64,000 nucleotides of DNA from the NCBI GenBank assembly GCA_963677595.1, contig OY782041.1:544001-608000 (forward strand), given 5' to 3'. This document shows, piece by piece, positions 56,599 to 64,000 of the stretch. Position 1 is the first letter of the stretch. Each line of letters starts with the position of its first letter. The stretch comes from Spirochaetia bacterium. Its GTDB lineage: Bacteria; Spirochaetota; Spirochaetia; CAKZLE01. The notes beneath the pieces are model-generated. The model worked only from the letters and a program-made list of their open reading frames with translations. It made no database searches and was not told the origin of the DNA. The position numbers and the translations under genes were made by a program.

Positions 56599-57397
56599 GC
56601 GCCTCCTCGATCTCCTCCGGTGTCACGTCATAGTAGTTGAGCAGGGCTATGAGCATCTTGTGGATGGTATCGGGTACGAGATCATAATAGAGATTGGCAT
56701 TATAGGCAAGGGACATGGCTCCTGTCTCCTCGGAGACGGCAAGGACCACGGCATCCGTGTCCTCAGCCATACCGAGAGCCGCACGGTGCCGTGCACCGAA
56801 GCTCTTCCTGATATCGGCCTGCTCGCTCAGCGGGAGGAAACAGCCGGCGGAGAGGATCTTGCGCCCCTGGATCAGCACGGCCCCGTCATGGAGCGGTGTG
56901 TCATGGTCGAAGATCGTGAGGATCAGGGCACTCGAGAGGTCTGCATTCAGCCGGGTCCCGGAATCGAGGATCCCCTTGACGCCGAGTTTGCGCGGGAAGA
57001 CGATCAGCGCCCCGCGGCGCTTGGTCGAGAGTACGTCGAGCGCGTTGATGATCGTATCGATCTGTTCGCTGGTCGTCTGGGAGCCGAACCTGAACAGGCC
57101 CCTGCTGCCGCCCCACAACCTGGTGAACGCCCGCCGGAGTTCTGGCTGGTAGATGATGGCAAGGACGATGATGATGATCGGGGTCAGTTCACGGTACCCC
57201 CACAGGATCGTCTGCAGCTTCAGCAGGTAGGCAAGCAGGTAGAGACAGGCCATATAGACGAACACCTTGATCATCTGGACGGCGTTCGTCTGAGAGACCG
57301 TCGTATACACCTTGTAGAGGAGAAAGGTCACGATCAGAATGTCTATTGCAGGTATGATGATCTCTTTCACATACCAGATTGCCAGGATCTCATCCAA
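56582..57397 (-). CDS. cdaA: Diadenylate cyclase
   Basis: Three TM segments, LHDGA, GARHRAA. Confidence 0.93.
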   Translation of the reverse strand: MDEILAIWYVKEIIIPAIDILIVTFLLYKVYTTVSQTNAVQMIKVFVYMACLYLLAYLLKLQTILWGYRELTPIIIIVLAIIYQPELRRAFTRLWGGSRGLFRFGSQTTSEQIDTIINALDVLSTKRRGALIVFPRKLGVKGILDSGTRLNADLSSALILTIFDHDTPLHDGAVLIQGRKILSAGCFLPLSEQADIRKSFGARHRAALGMAEDTDAVVLAVSEETGAMSLAYNANLYYDLVPDTIHKMLIALLNYYDVTPEEIEEAHDETE

Positions 57398-57454
57398 AGC
57401 AGGCTCCTTCGTTCCGGGTCATATATCTCACAGTATAGATGCTGTTCCCAGTTA

Positions 57455-58909
57455 TCACAAGAGCGGTGATATCAGGCGGAACACAGAGTTGCGAAGTTTA
57501 CGCAGCGACGATATATTATGGTAGTCCACCATGGTGAACCGGCGGCTTGCCTCGCAATCCTGCTCGAACTGCCTGACGAACTCCTTCGCCGTCTGCGGGT
57601 CATAGAAGGTGGTGTTCAGCTCGAAATCGAGGAAGAAGCTCCGCTGGTCCATGTTGCAGCTGCCGCAGGTGACGATCCGGTCATCGATGATCACGACCTT
57701 GCTGTGCAGGAATCCCGCAGTATAGAGATAGATCTTCACCCCGGCCTTCAGGAGCGACTCGAAGAAGGTATGGGCAGCCCAATACGGGATCAGCTTGTCC
57801 GGCCTGCCCGTGATCATGAGGTTCACATCCACCCCGCCGAGTGCCGCATTCTCCATCGCCGTCGTGATGCTCTCATCGGGGATGAAGTAGGGGCTCTGGA
57901 TGATGACCCGGTCATTCGCATTGGTGATCATCGTGAAATAGAGCTGCTGGATCGAGTACCAGTCCGAATCTGGCCCGCTCGAGAGCATCTGCACCCCGGT
58001 GAGGTTGACCCCATGGGTGGAGAGATCGAGTTCCTGGAAGAACCTGCCGATATCCTCCACGACGCCGCCGGAATTCATCCAGTCGGCGAGGAAGATCGAC
58101 TGCAGGACACCCGAGACATTCCCTGCGAACCGCATATGGGTGTCCCTCCAGGAATCGAACCGCTTTCCGCCGTCGATGTACTCCTTCCCGATATTCATCC
58201 CCCCGGTATAGGAAATCCGGTTGTCGATGACGACAATCTTCCGGTGGGAACTGTAGTTGAGAAGCCATGCGAAGAAGACGTTGCTCGGGTCGAGGAAGTT
58301 GCGGTACTCGACCTGGCTCCGGCGGAGCCTCCTGCGCCCCCTCCTGGAGAAGGTGAACTTGGAACCGGCACCGTCAACGAGGAGTCGAACCTCTACCCCT
58401 TCTGCGGCCTTGGCTTTGAGGATCTCCAGGATCTCCCCGCCGATCTCATCGTCACGGTAGATGAAGTACTCGATATGGATCGTTTTCCTGGCACTTTTAA
58501 GGTCCTCGATCAGGTCTGCGAAGTGCGGCTCCCCGGTATGGTAGATACGGCAGTCATTGTTCCCCATGACCACCCCGTTTGCCGCCCGCATGGTCATCAT
58601 CATGATCTTGTGCATATCGGAGCCGATATGCTCCTTCTTCTCGTTGATCAGCTCCCGCTGGTGGGCAAGGACATCACTCAGGTAGGTGCCGTACAGCTCC
58701 TCCGGGCGGTATTTCACCAGCTTTCGCTTCCGCCAGTTGATGCCCGAGAGCACATAGGCACCTACCCCCACATAGGGGATGAGGAACATGGCCATGATCC
58801 AGGCAAGGGAGGACTGGGCCGTCTTATTGTCAAAGAGCAGCTGGATGCTGAACGACACCGCCAGCACCAGTGAGATGATATAGAAGATGGAAAATCCGCC
58901 TATCTCCAT
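57455..58909 (-). CDS. cls: Cardiolipin synthase
   Basis: Two HKD motifs (HRKIVVID, HSKVVIID). Confidence 0.93.
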   Translation of the reverse strand: MEIGGFSIFYIISLVLAVSFSIQLLFDNKTAQSSLAWIMAMFLIPYVGVGAYVLSGINWRKRKLVKYRPEELYGTYLSDVLAHQRELINEKKEHIGSDMHKIMMMTMRAANGVVMGNNDCRIYHTGEPHFADLIEDLKSARKTIHIEYFIYRDDEIGGEILEILKAKAAEGVEVRLLVDGAGSKFTFSRRGRRRLRRSQVEYRNFLDPSNVFFAWLLNYSSHRKIVVIDNRISYTGGMNIGKEYIDGGKRFDSWRDTHMRFAGNVSGVLQSIFLADWMNSGGVVEDIGRFFQELDLSTHGVNLTGVQMLSSGPDSDWYSIQQLYFTMITNANDRVIIQSPYFIPDESITTAMENAALGGVDVNLMITGRPDKLIPYWAAHTFFESLLKAGVKIYLYTAGFLHSKVVIIDDRIVTCGSCNMDQRSFFLDFELNTTFYDPQTAKEFVRQFEQDCEASRRFTMVDYHNISSLRKLRNSVFRLISPLL

Positions 58910-58934
58910 CGAGTGGTATCCTCCCGAACCCCTA

Positions 58935-60449
58935 TCAGTCTGCCCAGTCCAGGGTCCTCTCTACCGCCTTGTGCCAGAACCTGATCTTCTCTTCCCGCAT
59001 ACCGGCATCCATGTCCGGCACCCAACGCTTCTTCTCCTTCCATTGGGAGGAGAGCTCGTCGGTATCCTTCCAGAAGCCGGTCGTCAGTCCCGCAGCATAG
59101 GCTGAGCCGAGCGCGGTCGTCTCCGCGACTGCCGGCCGTATCACCGGTATATTCAGGATGTCAGCCTGGAACTGCATGAGCGGCCTGCTGTTGATCAGCC
59201 CGCCGTCCACCTTCAGTTCAGTGATCCTGATCCCCGAGTCAGCTTCCATCGCATGGAAGATATCGTTCGCCTGGAATGCCGTCGCCTCCAGGACCGCCCG
59301 CGCGATATGGGCTGAGGTCGCATAGCCGGTCAGCCCGCAGATGACCCCCCGTGCATCCGAGCGCCAGTAGGGTGCGTACAGGCCGGCAAAGGCCGGTACG
59401 AAGTAGACCCCGCCGTTATCCTCGACCGTCTCGGCCAGGACATCGATCGCCGGGGCTGAATCCACGAGCCCGAGGTTGTCCCGAGTCCACTGTACCAGAG
59501 AACCCGCAACCGCGACCGATCCTTCCAGGGCATAGACGGGCCTCTTCCCCTCCTCCAGGTAGGCAACGGTCGTGAGCAGTCCTTGGGTCGAGTGGCAGAG
59601 TTCTTCTCCGATGTTCACCAGCATGAAGCAGCCGGTCCCGTAGGTGTTCTTCCCCATCCCCTTGGCGAAGCAGGCCTGCCCGAAGAGCGCCGCCTGCTGG
59701 TCCCCGAGGATCCCGCAGACGGGTATCTCCCCGCCGAAGGGCCCTGCTGCACTCGTCATCCCGTAGACCCGTCCCGTGGACGGCACGATCTGCGGCAGTG
59801 CCTGCCGCGGAACGCCGAAGGTCTCAAGCAGCCCATCGTCCCATGAGAGCGTCTCGATATCCATCAGCAGGTAGCGCGATGCGTTGCTCGCATCCGTGAT
59901 ATGGACACCCCCGTTCTTCCCACCGGTCAGGTTCCAAGCCAGCCAGGAGTCGATCGTCCCGAGCAGGAGCTCCCCGCTCTCAGCCTTCTCTTTCAGGCCA
60001 GAAACGTTATCAAGCAGCCAGCTGATCTTCGAGCCGGCAAAGTAGGGGCTCAAGGGGACCCCTGAGCGCTTCTGGATGGCCTCAGCCTTCCCGCTCTCTG
60101 TCAGGCTGTCGATGAGCTCCTTCCCCCGGAGGTCCTGCCAGACGATGGCATGGTGGTAGGGGATCCCCGTGCGGGGGTCCCAGGCGACCACCGTCTCCCG
60201 CTGGTTGGTGATCCCGATCCCGGAGATATCCTCCGCGGTCGCACCGACAGCTTTAAGGGTCTCCCGGATGACCTCCTGTGAGCGCTCCCAGATTTCCAGG
60301 GCATCATGCTCGACCCAGCCCGGTTTCGGGTAGATCTGTTTATGTTCCAGTTGGTGTGACGCCGCTATCTGCCCGTCATGATCGAACAGTATGAATCTTG
60401 TGCTGGTCGTCCCCTGGTCAAGGGACCCTGCATACCTCTTTTCCGCCAT
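58935..60449 (-). CDS. glpK: Glycerol kinase
   Basis: DQGTTSTR, GITNQRET, GDQQAAL. Confidence 0.96.
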   Translation of the reverse strand: MAEKRYAGSLDQGTTSTRFILFDHDGQIAASHQLEHKQIYPKPGWVEHDALEIWERSQEVIRETLKAVGATAEDISGIGITNQRETVVAWDPRTGIPYHHAIVWQDLRGKELIDSLTESGKAEAIQKRSGVPLSPYFAGSKISWLLDNVSGLKEKAESGELLLGTIDSWLAWNLTGGKNGGVHITDASNASRYLLMDIETLSWDDGLLETFGVPRQALPQIVPSTGRVYGMTSAAGPFGGEIPVCGILGDQQAALFGQACFAKGMGKNTYGTGCFMLVNIGEELCHSTQGLLTTVAYLEEGKRPVYALEGSVAVAGSLVQWTRDNLGLVDSAPAIDVLAETVEDNGGVYFVPAFAGLYAPYWRSDARGVICGLTGYATSAHIARAVLEATAFQANDIFHAMEADSGIRITELKVDGGLINSRPLMQFQADILNIPVIRPAVAETTALGSAYAAGLTTGFWKDTDELSSQWKEKKRWVPDMDAGMREEKIRFWHKAVERTLDWAD

Positions 60450-60526
60450 TCGTACAAGCTCCTATTTTATTGATGTGTTGGACTCTCATTATATAGCCAT
60501 ACCTACGGTTCTGAAAAGGGCAAGAA

Positions 60527-60949
60527 TCAATCAGCCGTATCCCCGTCCCGCTTCCGGACCCAAACATGGTAGGCATCGACCAGCCGGCGCATGATGACTG
60601 ATCCCATCAGGGCCCCGATGAGGTCTGAGAGGAGATCCAGCAGTTCCATGCTCCTGCCGGTCAGCGGCTGCACCAGTTCGATGGCTCCCCCGAGCAGGGT
60701 GCAGTAGGCAATGGTCAGGAGGATCTTCATACCGGTCCTCTCCACGAGTGCATTATGGAGGAAGGAGAGGAAGAGGTATGTCAGTGCCCCGAGAACGGCG
60801 TAGCCGAACCAGTGGGCGAGCTTGTCGTTGATGGTGTGCCCGCCCATGACCCTGTCAGCCGGCAGCAGTGACAGGACCAGGATCCCGAGGTTCACCCCGA
60901 CCCAGAGGATGGTGCTTATGATCCTGATGACCTTATGACGTTTCAACAT
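60527..60949 (-). CDS. VanZ-family membrane protein
   Basis: DKLAH, E..Q....R....D. Confidence 0.85.
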   Translation of the reverse strand: MLKRHKVIRIISTILWVGVNLGILVLSLLPADRVMGGHTINDKLAHWFGYAVLGALTYLFLSFLHNALVERTGMKILLTIAYCTLLGGAIELVQPLTGRSMELLDLLSDLIGALMGSVIMRRLVDAYHVWVRKRDGDTAD

Positions 60950-61962
60950 TGGATAGTACTCCCTGTGTGGATCCCCTGGCAGGTCTTCCTTCGTGACATC
61001 TCCGCCTCGAGCTGCTGCACGAAGGATCCCTTCGCCCCGAACCGGAGCGGTGCGGCAAGTCGGTGTGCCGGGGTATCGCAGACCACCCGCCCGATGATGA
61101 TATCATCAGGGATCCGTTCGAGGAAGAAGATCGTATTGGAGAGGTGCCGCTTCACTGAAGGCGGGCAGAACTCCCCGGCAAGGTACTGCCGGTACATCCT
61201 CGTACGTATCGGTATGTGCAGGTTATGGATCTTCACGGCATCCGGATGGATCTCCCTGACCACCTCTGCGGTCCGGGATACCTGGTCATATCCCTCACCC
61301 GGCAGGCCAAGGATCACATGGAGAGAGACCTTGATCCCCCTGGCACGGAGTATGGAGACAGCAGTAGAGCACTCCCCTACGGTATGGCCGCGCCTGATAA
61401 GCCCTAAGGTCTCATCATTCCCGCTCTGCAGCCCGAGTTCCACCCAGACATCCTGCAGGCTGCCGCCACGATACGATGCGATCAGGTCAGCGTTGGCTTC
61501 CGTGATGCAGTCAGGTCTCGTCGCGATGATGAACTCGGTGAACTCTTCCTGGGATAGCGCATGGTCATAGATCTCTTTAAGCTCAGCCAGGGGGGCGAAG
61601 GTATTTGAGTAGGACTGCAGGTAGAGGATGAACCTCTCTGCACGATAGCGCCTGCACAGGAACGCTATACCCGTTCTCACCTGCTCGGTGATCGAGGTTT
61701 TGCGCATCTCCATGGACAGGGGGCCTTCCGGGCACCCCGCTCCTTCAAGCAGCTCCTCGCTGATCCTCCCGGTCCTGGCCATACCGCTCTCTGACGAACG
61801 GTGGTAGACGGCTGTGGCCCCGAGGTCATCGCAGTAGGTGCAGCCGCCGTGCCGGTCGCTCCCCCGGTTGGGGCAGCTGAATCCTGCATCGACCCCGATC
61901 CGGTAGGTTGGGACATCATAGAGATCCTTCAGATACGACTTGTATGTTCTGTACGGCTCGAT
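60943..61962 (-). CDS. Radical SAM protein, TIGR01212/YhcC family (apparent ATC start)
   Basis: In-frame extension upstream of 61782 encodes DAGFSCPNR...GGCTYC; also TRPDC and ELGLQS. Confidence 0.85.
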   Translation of the reverse strand: MEPYRTYKSYLKDLYDVPTYRIGVDAGFSCPNRGSDRHGGCTYCDDLGATAVYHRSSESGMARTGRISEELLEGAGCPEGPLSMEMRKTSITEQVRTGIAFLCRRYRAERFILYLQSYSNTFAPLAELKEIYDHALSQEEFTEFIIATRPDCITEANADLIASYRGGSLQDVWVELGLQSGNDETLGLIRRGHTVGECSTAVSILRARGIKVSLHVILGLPGEGYDQVSRTAEVVREIHPDAVKIHNLHIPIRTRMYRQYLAGEFCPPSVKRHLSNTIFFLERIPDDIIIGRVVCDTPAHRLAAPLRFGAKGSFVQQLEAEMSRRKTCQGIHTGSTIQC

Positions 61963-62149
61963 AGTACGCTCCTGCCACCAGTGTTCAAGGCGTGATTATA
62001 CCACTCCTCCCTGATGCATGTCCATCAGCCTGCAGGCAGCGCTGTCACGGTCCCTGGGTAGAATTGCCTATACCGCCGGAATGATTCATTATGGGGTATT
62101 CCTTGACAAACTGTCAGAAAACAGTACCTTCAATAGCAGGAGACATGAG

Positions 62150-63808
62150 ATGGATGAGAGAAACGTGAGAACACTCCTGGACCTGGTCGTCCAGGCTGAC
62201 AGAGAGCTCGGGGATGCCCCGGCCCTCGCCTTCGTGGGCGAAGAACCCTGGAGCTACCATGAAGTCTATTCGGCAGCCAGTACCCTGGCCGGCCAGATTC
62301 GCGAGAAGGGGATCAAGCGCGGGGACCGGGTTGCCTTACTTGCCGAGAGTTCCCCGCGATGGGGCATCGCCTATTTTGCGGGAATCCTCTCCGGGGCAGT
62401 CATGGTCCCGATCCTGCCCGATTTCCACGAGCAGGAGATCCGCTCCATCCTCGAACACAGTGAGGCATCCTTACTGCTCATCAGCAGTAAGCTGGGGCAG
62501 CGGTTCTCCCCTGAACAGGCCGGGCTGCCGAGCTTCGTGCTGGAGGAGGCCATCGGCAAAGCCGCAGATCCAGTCGAGCTCGAACTCCCGGTTATCGCCC
62601 CGGATGACCTGGCCTGCATCATCTATACCTCAGGGACGACCGGCAACTCCAAGGGAGTCATGCTCACCCACGATAATATCATCTGCAATGCCTGGACCGC
62701 AGAGAAGATCCCCAACTGGACCGAGACGACCAACGCCCTCTCCGTGCTTCCCCTGGCGCATACCTATGAGTTCACGATCGGGTTCGTCATCATCCTCCTG
62801 AAGGGAGGGACGGTCTTCTACCTGAAGAGACCGCCTTCTGCAAGCGTGCTCATCCCTGCCCTGAAGAAGGTACGGCCGCAGATCATGCTATCGGTACCGC
62901 TGCTGATCGAGAAACTCCACGCCGGCATCATGAAGACGAAGGTCAATAACAGGAAGCTCCTGAAGGTGCTGTATACCCTTCCCCCGACCAGGAGACTGCT
63001 GAACAAGGTCATCGGGAAGAGCCTCATGGAGACCTTCGGGGGGAATCTCCACTTCTTCGGTATTGGCGGGGCTCCGCTCTCGAAGGAGACCGAGGTCTTC
63101 CTCCGTGAAGCAGGGTTCCCCTTCTCCATCGGCTACGGGCTGACCGAGACTTCCCCGCTTGTGGCGGGCGGCCTGAGTGCCGACATACCGTTCGGCTCTA
63201 CCGGGCCGGTCCTCCCGAACCTCGAGTACGAACTGCGCCGCAGCGAAGATTCCGGGAAGGACGGGGAACTCTTCGTCAGGGGACCAAGCATCATGCAAGG
63301 GTACTACAACGACCCCGAAAGGACTGCAGAGGTACTCTCTGACGACGGCTGGTTCAGGACAGGGGATCTTGGAAGGATCTCGTCTGACGGTTCCCTGACC
63401 ATCTCCGGGAGGGCGAAGACCATGATCCTCGGGTCGAACGGGGAGAACATCTACCCCGAACAGATCGAGTCGGTCATCAACTCCCAGGACTATGTACTGG
63501 AATCGCTGGTGACCCAGGATACGAAGACCAAGGGACTCGTTGCCCTGATCCACCTCGATTATGACCAGTTCAGGGATTCGCTCAAGGAGGGAAGGATCCT
63601 CAGGGAGCTCCACCACCTCGAACAGCGGTTTCTTCACAGGGGGGAGGAATCGTTCGAGGAGCAGGTCAACAGGTACCTGCAGGAGATGCTTTCAGCCGTG
63701 AATCGGCAGCTGTCTGTCATCTCGAAGCTCTCACAGGCTGTCGAGCAGAAGGACCCCTTCGTGAGGACACCGACACAGAAGATAAAACGGTTCCTCTACG
63801 AGATATAG
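62150..63808 (+). CDS. Long-chain fatty acid-CoA ligase
   Basis: YTSGTTGNSKG, GYGLTE, RTGD. Confidence 0.9.
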   Translation: MDERNVRTLLDLVVQADRELGDAPALAFVGEEPWSYHEVYSAASTLAGQIREKGIKRGDRVALLAESSPRWGIAYFAGILSGAVMVPILPDFHEQEIRSILEHSEASLLLISSKLGQRFSPEQAGLPSFVLEEAIGKAADPVELELPVIAPDDLACIIYTSGTTGNSKGVMLTHDNIICNAWTAEKIPNWTETTNALSVLPLAHTYEFTIGFVIILLKGGTVFYLKRPPSASVLIPALKKVRPQIMLSVPLLIEKLHAGIMKTKVNNRKLLKVLYTLPPTRRLLNKVIGKSLMETFGGNLHFFGIGGAPLSKETEVFLREAGFPFSIGYGLTETSPLVAGGLSADIPFGSTGPVLPNLEYELRRSEDSGKDGELFVRGPSIMQGYYNDPERTAEVLSDDGWFRTGDLGRISSDGSLTISGRAKTMILGSNGENIYPEQIESVINSQDYVLESLVTQDTKTKGLVALIHLDYDQFRDSLKEGRILRELHHLEQRFLHRGEESFEEQVNRYLQEMLSAVNRQLSVISKLSQAVEQKDPFVRTPTQKIKRFLYEI

Positions 63809-63925
63809 CCGCCTCACAGGCAAGATCATGTAACTCTTCACGGCATAACCAATTCTCAAAACTACAGTTGACAGTTCAGGCTTTCTGTTGTAAGGTTGAA
63901 TCAATAAGATAAATAGGGGGTTTTT

Positions 63926-64000
63926 ATGGCCACTGTAGTTTTGAAGGACATCACTAAGATCTATGATGGTGGTGTCAAAGCGGTTGACAGCGTCAATGTC
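63926..64000 (+). CDS. Sugar ABC transporter ATP-binding protein (MalK/UgpC-like), 5' fragment
   Basis: MATVVLKDITKIYDGGVKAVDSVN after a GGGGG RBS; runs off the window. Confidence 0.65.
   Translation, partial: MATVVLKDITKIYDGGVKAVDSVNV

Noticed and set aside
61677-61995. Frameshift in the radical SAM gene
   Set aside because: Manual translation shows the N-terminal motif is in the same frame as 61782; only the start codon is atypical.
1-64000. CRISPR array, rRNA, retron or DGR
   Set aside because: No regularly spaced repeats, cas genes, rRNA-like sequence or reverse transcriptase seen.

Overview
Positions 1-~19,300 are the right-hand part of a temperate HK97-type prophage. On the minus strand it carries portal, terminases, HNH nuclease, Dam-like methylase, tyrosine recombinase, replication protein, antirepressor and Xis; the CI-like repressor is on the plus strand. 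It has two AT-rich cargo blocks: a putative head-to-tail-cyclised peptide (circular bacteriocin-like) cluster and a three-gene PD-(D/E)xK nuclease operon. Three tRNA-shaped RNAs with non-canonical anticodon arms sit in the early operon. The prophage ends at an att-like tmRNA/tRNA-Ala 3' fragment that is split by an IS1634-family element. The rest is GC-rich host chromosome, probably a spirochaete (inferred from the cdaA-cdaR-acpS-truA-udg-priA-def-fmt synteny). It holds four toxin-antitoxin modules, tRNA-Gly(CCC) plus a decayed copy, a hybrid kinase/HD-GYP pair, a molybdenum hydroxylase operon and two copies of a second 2,158-bp IS1634-family element. Those two copies are flanked by 707-bp and 128-bp direct repeats. 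In both, the IS right end joins at the same base step (between the 5th and 6th base) of a sigma70 -10 hexamer, which suggests promoter-targeted transposition that leaves flanking genes intact. All family assignments come from motif recognition by eye; no searches were run.
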